Positions 1-9,131 of a DNA stretch of 32,000 bases are shown here, piece by piece. The notes beneath the pieces are model-generated. The model searched no databases. It saw nothing but the letters and a program-made list of their open reading frames with translations, and had not been told where the DNA came from. The translations under genes and the position numbers were made by a program. Numbering within the stretch: position 1 is the first letter of the stretch; each line of letters opens with the position of its first letter. Location of the stretch: the NCBI GenBank assembly GCA_000175855.1, contig ACYB01000011.1, positions 39,801 through 71,800 of the forward strand, read 5' to 3'. The stretch is from Raphidiopsis brookii D9. GTDB lineage: Bacteria > Cyanobacteriota > Cyanobacteriia > Cyanobacteriales > Nostocaceae.

Positions 1-294
1 GCTCATGATGGTATTGAAGCGATCGCCTTATATGTGGAACATCGAGATCAGATATCCCTGATTCTAACTGATATAGTTATGCCATCCATGGATGGATTGA
101 CCAGTATTCGAACTCTCAAGAAAATTAATCCCCATTTAAAAATTATTGCTTTTAGTGGGTTAGCACCCAGTGATAAAATTAATGCAGCTTATAGTATGGG
201 TGTAGCAGCATTTTTATGTAAACCTTTTACTGCTACCCAATTATTACAAACCATTAGTGCGGTGAATGGAATAAATAATTTTGCCATCAATTAA
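1..294 (+). CDS. C-terminal part of a receiver (response regulator) domain; gene begins before the window
   Basis: Open from base 1 in the same frame ([32 protein letters not shown]...). It has the receiver motifs [11 protein letters not shown] (phosphoacceptor Asp) and CKPF (conserved Lys-Pro). It ends in TAA at 292-294. Confidence 0.85.
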   Translation, partial: AHDGIEAIALYVEHRDQISLILTDIVMPSMDGLTSIRTLKKINPHLKIIAFSGLAPSDKINAAYSMGVAAFLCKPFTATQLLQTISAVNGINNFAIN

Positions 295-827
295 TTGCTG
301 ATCAACTCCACTGCGTCCCTACCATCAAAATCTTGCAGGTAAACCTTAACAATTTCTTCCTTGGTAGTTGGTAATTTTTTACCGATAAAATCCGGATGAA
401 TAGGTAATTCTCGGTGACCCCGATCTACTAGAACTGCTAAACGAATTAGTTCCGGTCTACCATATTCATTAACAGCATTGAGAGCTGCGCGAATGGTTCT
501 ACCTTTAAAAATCACATCATCCACCAAAATCACAGTTTTACCCGTTAAATCAAAAGGTATGTGAGTTTTAGCTGGGGTTCTTGGTCCAATTTTGTCTAGG
601 TCGTCACGATAGAATGTGATATCCAATGCTCCCACGGAGGCGTTGATACCTTCTAAATTTTCGACTTGACGTGCGAGTAACTTAGCTAGACATACTCCCC
701 TAGTGTAGATACCTAAAAAAACTAACTGTGATAAATCGCGAGTCTTTTCTACAATTTGAGAAGCCAGACGAATTGAAGTACGACGTAATTCTTCCGATGA
801 GAGAATCTCAACTACCTTAGTGGACAT
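291..827 (-). CDS. pyrR: Bifunctional pyr operon regulator / uracil phosphoribosyltransferase PyrR
   Basis: 178 aa with the PRPP-binding motif [21 protein letters not shown] and the typical PyrR start ([21 protein letters not shown]). Confidence 0.93.
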   Translation of the reverse strand: MSTKVVEILSSEELRRTSIRLASQIVEKTRDLSQLVFLGIYTRGVCLAKLLARQVENLEGINASVGALDITFYRDDLDKIGPRTPAKTHIPFDLTGKTVILVDDVIFKGRTIRAALNAVNEYGRPELIRLAVLVDRGHRELPIHPDFIGKKLPTTKEEIVKVYLQDFDGRDAVELISN

Positions 828-846
828 GATAGGATAGTTAATATAA

Positions 847-1824
847 TTAGGTTATAATAATTTTATATGCTACAGTTGTCAAACCTAACCATAGTAAAAA
901 GGAATATCGAGTTAATTGTAAAGCTCGATAAATGGAAGTAGAAGTAATGGGATAAATAGGATCCCCCAAAAGTGGTTTATATTTGGCTACTCCTTTATAC
1001 CAGTTTAATCCTCCCATCTGGACACCCAAAATGGCAGCGTATGCGCACTCACTCCAACCCGAATTAGGGCTAGGGTCTTGGATGGCATCCCGCTTACAAA
1101 GATGCCAAACACCCAGGGGTTTAAGTGATAAAATAGCCAAGGTGATGACTGTTAAACGACAGGGAATCCAAGTCAAACAGTCTTCTAGTTTAGCACTAAA
1201 CCAACCGATATAGGTATAGGGAGGTTCTCGATAACCAACCATGGAATCTAAAGTGCTACTGGCTTTATACCCTAGGGCCAAAGGAATAGGACCAACACCG
1301 GGAATTAACATGCCAATAATAGCATAAAATAGAGGAGCCATAACCCCATCAGTGGCATTTTCTGTCACGGTTTCTAAAACTGCTCGCAGGATTTCTGACT
1401 CCGACAGATCTGCTGTATCTCTACCCACGTATTGACTCAGAATCTGTCGAGCTTGTGATAATTGGCCATCATTTAAAGGTTTGATAACATCCAAAGCAGC
1501 TTTGGTTAAACTGTGAAGGGCAAAACAACTGGCCAGCAAAATACTGGCAACGGTCATACCTAACCAGGGGTGTAACCAGTGAGTAATATGAACAATCAGC
1601 CACCCAGATACAGCAGCAGCACCAATTGTAGTCAAGGCCAAACCAATACCAGCTACACGCTGGGATAGGGGTCTAGAGAAGTGTTGCCAGGAAAATTGAG
1701 TCCAGCGAGAAATAAACCAACCCATTACCCTAACAGGGTGAGGCCAACCCCAGGGATCACCAATGATGTAATCTAAGAAAGCAGCCATTATTAATATTAT
1801 GATGTAGCTCATATCCACTTCCAA
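847..1824 (-). CDS. cbiB: Adenosylcobinamide-phosphate synthase, CbiB/CobD family
   Basis: 325 aa membrane protein with [39 protein letters not shown] and [14 protein letters not shown] motifs. The start could instead be ATG at 1812. Confidence 0.9.
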   Translation of the reverse strand: MEVDMSYIIILIMAAFLDYIIGDPWGWPHPVRVMGWFISRWTQFSWQHFSRPLSQRVAGIGLALTTIGAAAVSGWLIVHITHWLHPWLGMTVASILLASCFALHSLTKAALDVIKPLNDGQLSQARQILSQYVGRDTADLSESEILRAVLETVTENATDGVMAPLFYAIIGMLIPGVGPIPLALGYKASSTLDSMVGYREPPYTYIGWFSAKLEDCLTWIPCRLTVITLAILSLKPLGVWHLCKRDAIQDPSPNSGWSECAYAAILGVQMGGLNWYKGVAKYKPLLGDPIYPITSTSIYRALQLTRYSFLLWLGLTTVAYKIIIT

Positions 1825-2268
1825 CTAAACCACAAAACTTGCTTCTTCCCCAACAGCAGCTTGTCTGCTTCTAGCATCATAATAGAGGTCAGCCAAGGTA
1901 ATGCTATATAGAGCTTCTCGTAACTTTTGGTTGAGTCTTTGCCACAAAGTAAATGTCACCCAATCTTCAGCTTGTGTGGATGGTGAAACTTTCACAGCCA
2001 AATCAGCTATATTTTCCCCCACCGCTTCTAAAATCTCCCCTATGGAAATTTGTTGAGGGTGTTTTGCTAATTTATAGCCACCAACACTCCCACGTAAGGA
2101 GTGAACTAAACCAGCATGACGCATTTCTATCAATAGCTTTTCTAAATAAGCAGCCGGAATTTCTTGCCGCGAGGCGATCGCCTTCACGGAACCAGGCCCA
2201 TATTTTGGTTGTAAACTCAAATCCAGCAACGCCTTCACACTATAGTGTCCCCTGGTAGTTAATTTCAT
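1825..2268 (-). CDS. Rrf2-family transcriptional regulator
   Basis: 147 aa winged-helix protein (MKLTTRGHYSVKALLDLSLQ...LRGSVGGYKLAKHPQQISIGEILEAV). No cysteines were found where IscR-type Fe-S ligands would be. Confidence 0.88.
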   Translation of the reverse strand: MKLTTRGHYSVKALLDLSLQPKYGPGSVKAIASRQEIPAAYLEKLLIEMRHAGLVHSLRGSVGGYKLAKHPQQISIGEILEAVGENIADLAVKVSPSTQAEDWVTFTLWQRLNQKLREALYSITLADLYYDARSRQAAVGEEASFVV

Positions 2269-2612
2269 CTTTATAGTTAACCGTTATCGCTCAACAAACT
2301 TTCTCCATCATCTTCCTCCAACCTAGAAAATATTGACAGAGGTTTAAAAAACTTAATCAACTTGATCCTGAAAATCAGTGTACAAATCAACTTACCCATC
2401 TAAAGGTAGGAGGACGGGGAAAATTTTCTTCAAAAAACCCCTTGACAAAATAGATAATTGTGCAACAATTTTTGTTATAATCATCATAATATTTTAACTG
2501 CAAACCAAGACCAAGTTAGGGAAACCAAGTTATGGGCTTTCCATTGGCTTGACTGTCAGTTAAAATGAAATCGAATCAACCACTTCAGTTATCCAATTTC
2601 AGCCAAAAGTTG

Positions 2613-3030
2613 ATGCCTAAGCAAAAAGAAAATTGACCCCCTTGTTGGTGAAGAACTGCTCCAAAGAGTTAAGGAGCTAGGGAATGAAACCAGGGAAGAG
2701 AAAGCTAAACAGTGTGGCTACTATACCATTACCAAGAATGGGATAGAGCGGGTGAATATAATGAAGTTCTTGAATGCCTTAATTGAGGCCGAGGGTATTC
2801 AGTTAGATGGCGCACCCGGTGCCAACGGTCGTGGTGGAAGGAGTGCCAGCTATAGAGTTAGCGTGCAGTCGAACAACAATTTACTCATAGGTTCAGCTTA
2901 CACAAAACAGATGAATCTAAAACCCGGCGATGAATTTGTCATCAGCTTAGGTAAAAAGCATATTCGACTGCGACAAGTAGAGCCAGAAGAAAGAGATGAT
3001 GATGATCAGCTGGAAGAAGTAACAGCTTAA
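2613..3030 (+). CDS. Cyanobacterial AbrB-like (cyAbrB-type) regulator with an apparent 5' frameshift
   Basis: The 2614-3030 frame encodes ...KKIDPLVGEELLQRVKELGNETREEKAKQCGYYTITKNGIERVN then IMKFLNALIEAEGIQLDGAPGANGRGGRSASYRVSVQSNNNLLIGSAYTKQMNLKPGDEF. The track ORF starts only at GTG 2752. The best ATG (2613, MPKQK...) is in another frame. Confidence 0.8.
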
Positions 3031-3083
3031 TTATCGAAAATTTTGGAATCCCCGTCTTTTTAAAGCGGGGAATTTTCACTGCT

Positions 3084-4964
3084 TCAGCAGTCTTTAGATA
3101 AATAAGGCTCTACAGCTTTACGAGTAGTTGCTAAGTTACAGGTTAAAGCAATTTCCTTTTGTTCTAATAAACCCACAATACAATCTGGATTATGCCTGTC
3201 TAAAACTGGTAATTGCTGTAGTCCTCTGAGTGCCATACGGTCTAAAGCCTCAGATAAAGGTTCATCTTGCCAAGCATAAAGGATATCGGTGGTACAAATA
3301 TCGAGAATGGTTTGACCAAAAAAATCGGGCTTTAGTTGTTCTGAGGGAGTTTGGTAGTTTTCCCAGCGAGAAAGGGTGCGATTAATATCATCCAAAGAGA
3401 CAATACCTACCAATTTTTCATTGGCATCAATCACTAAGGCGCTAGGAACATGATCGTGGATCATTTCCAAAGCTGCTTCTAGCACGCTAAGATTGGCAGG
3501 GATTTTTTTGGGGTGGAAATGGATGGCCTCAGCAACAGAAGTGGTTTGAATCACTTCCAATTTATGGTCTTTTAATTCCGCAAGACCAATTTGTTGTAGG
3601 TTCACATTGGAACTAACAGTAGGTTTAATCAGTTCCATGAGCCATATACTTAAACCCACTGCTGCCATCAAAGGCAAAACAATACGGTAATCACGGGTCA
3701 GTTCAAACAACATTAATATAGCAGTTAAAGGAGCTCGAACACTGGCAGCTAAAACAGCAGCCATACCAACCATGGCATAAGCGGGGGGTGCAGCCATATA
3801 CTCAGCCACACCTGGAAATATCAGGGACAGTAACTTTCCGTATGCAGAACCCAGGGATGCGCCCAAAAACATGGCCGGGGCAAAAAGTCCCCCCACAAAA
3901 CCACTAGCTGAACTAATTGCCGTTGCTAATAATTTTAACACCATTAAACCCAGCAAGAGGTATAAAGAAAATTCCTGGTCCTGTAAAATGGCTTCCACGG
4001 TTCCATAACCAATACCCAAAATTTGCGGATAATTTAAAGCTACTAAACCAACCAGAAAACCACCTATAACCGGTTGTATAGGTTTGGGAATCTTACTGAA
4101 AAATGCCAGACCCTTAAATTTGCCATTAAACAAGTTTTGGGCCGTGCTAATAGATTGTTTATAAGTAAGAGCTACCACACTAGCTCCCAAACCTAAACCC
4201 AGATATAGGGGTAACTCCAAAAGACTACGAACCTCGTATGCAGGTAAGGTAAAAGCCGGTTGACTGCCTAAACCAATTTGAGCGATTAAGGCTGCTACCA
4301 CTGCCGCTAGTAAAACTACACTAACTGCAGAGGTGGCAAAAGATGTAGCGCCCAAAACCACTTCCAAGGCAAAAAACACCCCAGCAATGGGAGCATTAAA
4401 CCCAGCGGCTAAACCAGCAGCAGCGCCTGCTCCTATTAACAGTCTTTGTCGTTCTTGAGAAACTTGTAAGACATCTGAGAATAAAACCCCAAAATTTGCT
4501 CCAATTTCCACACTCGGACCCTCTGGACCCAAGGAAGCACCACTACCCAAAGAAACACCAGCAGCTATCATTTTGGTAACGGGACGAAGTTTTTGCTTAA
4601 CTTCCTTCCCTTGGGAAACAGCAATTAAAGACAAAAGCCCAGGACCAAAATCCTGAGTGCGCCAACGCATTAGACCAACAATTATGCCACCTAAGGTAGG
4701 AACACAGGCTAAAGTCCAGGCTCCCCACCTTCCTATGAATGCCATTAGGTTTTCTAACATTAAGTCGTGAACAAGTTCAATTAAATAGTGGAAGGTTACT
4801 ACACCCATACCTGTACCACTACCGATAAGTATAGCTAGAAATAATACTACCGTTTCCTGGGATGGCTGGAAACGGCGAATCAGATTAGTTAAGAAAGTGG
4901 AAATATGGGGGAAGGTAGTCGGTTGAAATACCTTATGCATTTGTGTGGGAGGCAATAAGCTCAT
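3084..4964 (-). CDS. ClC-family chloride channel or H+/Cl- antiporter with C-terminal CBS domains
   Basis: 626 aa with ClC motifs GSGASLGPEGPSVEIG, GFNAPIAGVFFALE and GGLFAPAMFLGASLGSAYG, followed by two CBS-like segments. Confidence 0.93.
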   Translation of the reverse strand: MSLLPPTQMHKVFQPTTFPHISTFLTNLIRRFQPSQETVVLFLAILIGSGTGMGVVTFHYLIELVHDLMLENLMAFIGRWGAWTLACVPTLGGIIVGLMRWRTQDFGPGLLSLIAVSQGKEVKQKLRPVTKMIAAGVSLGSGASLGPEGPSVEIGANFGVLFSDVLQVSQERQRLLIGAGAAAGLAAGFNAPIAGVFFALEVVLGATSFATSAVSVVLLAAVVAALIAQIGLGSQPAFTLPAYEVRSLLELPLYLGLGLGASVVALTYKQSISTAQNLFNGKFKGLAFFSKIPKPIQPVIGGFLVGLVALNYPQILGIGYGTVEAILQDQEFSLYLLLGLMVLKLLATAISSASGFVGGLFAPAMFLGASLGSAYGKLLSLIFPGVAEYMAAPPAYAMVGMAAVLAASVRAPLTAILMLFELTRDYRIVLPLMAAVGLSIWLMELIKPTVSSNVNLQQIGLAELKDHKLEVIQTTSVAEAIHFHPKKIPANLSVLEAALEMIHDHVPSALVIDANEKLVGIVSLDDINRTLSRWENYQTPSEQLKPDFFGQTILDICTTDILYAWQDEPLSEALDRMALRGLQQLPVLDRHNPDCIVGLLEQKEIALTCNLATTRKAVEPYLSKDC

Positions 4965-5214
4965 GGAAGACCAGTAAATATAACGAAAAATTTAATTTTT
5001 TATCTGTTATTCTTTATTGTGAGGCATAATTCAGCTAGTAAACAACTATTGGGCGATAATCTGTCAGTCAATTGGCAATGGTTTATTCCATAGCTGGGTT
5101 GTAGTATTATATAAAAATACGAAGCTAGCAGAGTTTAAACTGCATCTGTCGTCCCTGGGGGCGAGGAGTGTCACAATAGTAATAAATGGTCAACTGACTA
5201 GGCAAACCCTATCA

Positions 5215-5574
5215 ATGAACATAAACATTTCTGATGGTAATCATCTACGCTGCCCGATTTGCCGAGGGAGTAATACAAAAAAAGCCTTTGGAACCTACAT
5301 AGGACTGTTTACTTGTCCATTCTGTCATGAAAGGCTAGTAGTTTGCAAGAGTGGTCACTATGTACGTGACCCGTTTGGCTGGAGGAAAATTGTTTTGGAA
5401 TCGGCATTGCGCCGTCAAAGCAAACCTATTTCGAGATTGGTACGAGATTTGTTTTCCCTCAAACGATATTTGTTTGTAGTGGGGATGGGAATTGGAATTG
5501 TACTAACCACAATAGTAATTACTGAACAAAATACTAGTTATAAGCAACACCCAAGTTCCTTAGGTCATCCTTAG
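5215..5574 (+). CDS. Small zinc-ribbon protein with one C-terminal transmembrane segment, function unknown
   Basis: Two CxxC pairs (CPICRGSN, CPFCHE) and a hydrophobic stretch YLFVVGMGIGIVLTTIVI; 119 aa. Confidence 0.6.
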   Translation: MNINISDGNHLRCPICRGSNTKKAFGTYIGLFTCPFCHERLVVCKSGHYVRDPFGWRKIVLESALRRQSKPISRLVRDLFSLKRYLFVVGMGIGIVLTTIVITEQNTSYKQHPSSLGHP

Positions 5575-5723
5575 GGAGCAAGGAAATATAACTTCCCTAA
5601 ACTAAATAAATGGCGAAAAATTGTCGGTCCTATCAGTCTAGTTATTAACTGCACAATACTGAGTAATTGATTGGTGCACTAAATACAATTAGAAAAGTAA
5701 TTCCTGATGTCTTTGGGGAATAA

Positions 5724-5787
5724 AGGGCTTGCCGTTTAGCCCTGTAGCGCTTTACCCGCTACGTACTCACAAATTTCTAGAATTTGT
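5724..5787. other. Cluster of three closely spaced inverted repeats (hairpins)
   Basis: AGGGCT(5724-5729)/AGCCCT(5738-5743); GTAGCG(5744-5749)/CGCTAC(5757-5762); ACAAATT(5769-5775)/AATTTGT(5781-5787). All arms are perfect. Confidence 0.6.
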
Positions 5788-5902
5788 TTGAACGGTAACT
5801 TTTTTTAGTTTATTTTTTAAACAATTTAACATTTTCCGTGTCAGTTAAATGATATAAGTGACACAAAACCAACTTGACCAGTTTGTTATGAGGAGTTTAC
5901 CA

Positions 5903-7415
5903 ATGAATCTACCTGTTGTTTTAGATATAGCCCTAGGGTTAGTTTTCACTTACCTGATTTTAAGTTTGTTGGCTTCGGAGATTCAAGAGCTACTTGCTAC
6001 TGTTTTGCAATGGCGAGCGGTGCATCTAAAAAAATCTATTGAGATATTCTTAGCAGGGGATATAAAGAATTCTGATGCTAAGGATGTACTGGACCTGGTG
6101 AATAGGATTTATAATAATCCTATCATTAGAAGCATTAACCAGGAAACAAAGGGATTTTTATCAACCTTACCCAGAAAAATGACCTGGAAGGTAGCTGACA
6201 TAGTTAGTTCAGTCAAAAAGTTGGTTTCTAGATCATCACGGGAAAACAAAATTTTTGCCAATCAAAATAGTGGACCTTCCTATATCTCTAGTGACAGTTT
6301 TGTTTCTGGTTTATTAGAGGAGTTAAAACTGCCTAAAATCATTCATAGTCTTGTAGAGGTGAGGTTAGAAAATTTTAAGATTCAACATTTGCGAGCCATT
6401 AAATTAATTCTAACGAGATCTTTAAGACAAATAGCAAGTAATGAGTTATCAACTAATGTTACTCATGATATCAATGATGATTTTGTGAATCTAGACTCTG
6501 AATATAGGCAAATTGTGGATGATTTTAAAAATCAAAAATTTGATGTAGATACTAGTATGAATCGGATGCAGGATAGTTTAAACAAATATATCAACAATTT
6601 TCAAGCTAATATTGAAAATAATCACCCAGCCTTAATGGAAACACACAAGCGGTTGCAGACTTTACAAAATCATATTTTTCCCAGTCTTGAGGAAGCAATT
6701 ACTGTTGCGGGTCTCAAGCCCAGTATTAGTGAAATTATCCAATTAATGGAAACTGGTAAAGCTGGATATAATGAAATTCAAACCACTTCACAACTGAGGG
6801 ACGGTGAAAGATATGTAACTATTAGGGATCTGATTGATAGCTTACCACCGGGAATGAAGCAAAACATTGCGACCATGGCCAAGCGGGCCCAGTATAAAGC
6901 CAAAACCACAGAGGAGGGGATACGGGTATTAAGACAAGAGATAGAAAATTCTTTTGATAGTTCCATGCAAAGAGCTGGGGGTGTTTATAAACGTAATGCT
7001 AAAGGGGTAGCAATTTTAATTGGTATTGTTATAGCTTTTGGCGCTAATGCGGATACATTTTACATTATTGATCGGCTATCTAAGGATACAGCATTGAGGG
7101 AAGCAATTGTTTATAAAGCTCAACAGACCATAGATCAGCAAGTGCTAGATCCTAACTTGAAAAACATTGACACCAATCAAATTTTAGAGGATATTAGTTT
7201 ACCCATTGGTTGGAGTGAAAAAAACTTAAACCGAGCAACTGGGTACTAATCCGATTAAAATCAACGGTGTTTCCATTGTGAGCTCCAATATGATAATGGG
7301 TTGGCTAGTCAGTGGTTTTGCCATTGCTATGGGTGCGCCTTTTTGGTTTGATTTGCTGGGTAAAGTAATGAATGTGAGAAATACCGGTAAAGGGAACAAG
7401 GGAACGGGGAACTAG
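5903..7415 (+). CDS. Conserved membrane-anchored protein of unknown function, 3' end displaced by a frameshift near 7241
   Basis: The track ORF (5858-7249) has an N-terminal TM (VVLDIALGLVFTYLILSLLASEIQELLA) and a long helical middle. An AGGAG sits just before ATG 5903. In another frame the sequence continues as GTNPIKINGVSIVSSNMIMGWLVSGFAIAMGAPFWFDLLGKVMNVRNTGKGNKGTGN and stops at 7413-7415. Confidence 0.75.
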
Positions 7416-7425
7416 GGAGTGGTTT

Positions 7426-8712
7426 TTAAAAACTGAAGATAATTTGTAAATTCCAATTTTCACCTTGACGAATAATCTCTATCTGACGAATAAATTCTCG
7501 GAGGTAAAAACGCCTTTCTACCTCCGATAAGTCCATCCAAAACTGTGGAATGGAGACAGCTTGTGCAACGGAGGACAAATTCACAGGGGGGAGAATAGCT
7601 AACTGAGACTCCAGTTGAGAAATTTCTGTCTGGAGTTTATAACGCCTTAATTTTGCTGTTTCTTGATCTAGCACTCCCGTTTCTATTAAAATGGGTAGCT
7701 GGTCAACAATTGCTTGTTTACTTAAAATTTGAGCAGTTAACTTTTTTTTCATACTATCTAATTGACTAAAATTTACTTGGTCAACAGCTGTAGGTAAATT
7801 TTGACAAATTGTTTCAATGGTTCTGGTTAGAACCTGTTCATAAGAAATAGAATCACATTTAGGATTTTGAGGACACTTGGTGTTGCGCAAATATAGGTAC
7901 TCTTGTGATTGGGAAGAGTGTGTAACCCGGTTAATATTCATTTTTTGTTGGCATTGATTACATAGGACTAGTCCAGCTAAGGAATAGGGCGCACTAGCTG
8001 TACGGGATGATAAACGACTATTACTCCGTAAAATTCTGTCAACTTGAGCTGATTCTTCCTTGGATATTATACCAGGATGAGTATTAGATATAGTTTCTCC
8101 ATTTTGATAAATAGTGTCACCACGATAAACTGGATTGGTTAACCACCTTCTACCAGTGGTAACGGAGATTTTTTTGCCATATTTTTTGGCTAGATAACGA
8201 ACTGCACCGCGTACAGAAGCATAGAGTAAAAAGTGATCAATAAATTCTTTGACTAAGGGAGATGTACTGCGATCAATAATGTATTTTCCCTTACTGACCC
8301 GATAGCCATAGGGAACCTTACCAGGTGGTCGCAAGGCTTCCAGACGATTTTTTGCGTGTCCACTACGAATACGACGACTACGTTGTTGGCTTTGAATCTC
8401 CTGGGCTAAATCCAGCATAGTCAGGGGAACCTCAGCAGTTTCCGATATATATGGTTGTTCTATGGCAATGATTATTACTCCCATAGTTTCCAGTTGATTC
8501 AGGCGATCGCCCACTTGTTGTAAAGTATCTCCTAGTTCATCCAAACGTCTAATGAGAAGATAGGTGGGGGAAGGGCACTCGTAGATTAATTGTTGCAATT
8601 GAGACCGCCCTCCCATATCTTGATAAATTTGATCTACTTCCCAACCCCAAATAGAGTCATCGGGTGCGGTTTCCAAAAGTGGATCCGTATAACTATAGGC
8701 AATGATTCTCAT
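7426..8712 (-). CDS. Large serine-recombinase-family protein (XisF-like architecture), probably catalytically degenerate
   Basis: 428 aa with a recombinase-domain segment (RSRRIRSGHAKNRLEALRPPGKVPYGYRV...LTNPVYRG), a zinc-ribbon-like CNQCQQKM...CPQNPKC and a C-terminal coiled-coil region. The expected N-terminal YxRVS motif reads YSYTD. Confidence 0.8.
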   Translation of the reverse strand: MRIIAYSYTDPLLETAPDDSIWGWEVDQIYQDMGGRSQLQQLIYECPSPTYLLIRRLDELGDTLQQVGDRLNQLETMGVIIIAIEQPYISETAEVPLTMLDLAQEIQSQQRSRRIRSGHAKNRLEALRPPGKVPYGYRVSKGKYIIDRSTSPLVKEFIDHFLLYASVRGAVRYLAKKYGKKISVTTGRRWLTNPVYRGDTIYQNGETISNTHPGIISKEESAQVDRILRSNSRLSSRTASAPYSLAGLVLCNQCQQKMNINRVTHSSQSQEYLYLRNTKCPQNPKCDSISYEQVLTRTIETICQNLPTAVDQVNFSQLDSMKKKLTAQILSKQAIVDQLPILIETGVLDQETAKLRRYKLQTEISQLESQLAILPPVNLSSVAQAVSIPQFWMDLSEVERRFYLREFIRQIEIIRQGENWNLQIIFSF

Positions 8713-8774
8713 GGGAAATTATAGATTTCTACTTGATTTTACTTGATTTTACTTTAGGGTCGCCAGGAAACGTC

Positions 8775-8792
8775 CATAGTTTAAAAACTATG
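8775..8792. repeat. Near-perfect palindrome CATAGTTT-AA-AAACTATG
   Basis: 8 bp perfect arms, about 65 bp upstream of the recombinase start codon on the minus strand. Confidence 0.5.
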
Positions 8793-9131
8793 AATACAAT
8801 TATTTTCATCTATTGATAGATATAAATCATAAATTAGAAACAATGATAATCATCGGGTTAAAAATATAAATTTTTCTTATATATCCAATCCAATATTTGT
8901 GTGGAATTTGCTGTTGACTAGTGATCTATTTTTTTTAAAAACCTGTAGACTAAGATTCATTGGTTGGGAGTAAATTGTTGATCCCACCTAAAAACGCTAA
9001 CTAATCGTAGGGGGTTAAGAAAAATTTAATATTGCTACATTATTACCAGATGCGCATTTATACAATATCAAAAATTACATCTGGGTTCCATACAAGATAA
9101 AAACACAATGATTACATAAGGAGATATGATC

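Noticed and set aside
19-26. GCGATCGC octamers (e.g. 19-26, 2174-2181, 11879-11886 and several others)
   Set aside because: These are HIP1 sites, already well known as highly abundant in many cyanobacterial genomes.
983-1213. Plus-strand ORF opposite cbiB
   Set aside because: It is fully antisense to a strong CDS and has no recognisable domain.
1953-2258. Plus-strand ORF opposite the Rrf2 regulator
   Set aside because: Antisense shadow of a convincing gene; low-complexity, non-domain-like protein.
7426-8712. Considered an active integrase defining a mobile island with the cmp cluster as cargo
   Set aside because: Catalytic residues look missing, no flanking att repeats or tRNA junction were found, and neighbours are core metabolic genes.
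8800-9110. Searched for a CmpR-type TTA-N7/8-TAA site upstream of cmpA
   Set aside because: Only near matches with wrong spacing were seen (e.g. TTAAAAATATAA with N6, TTAAGAAAAATTTAA with N9), so no site is claimed.
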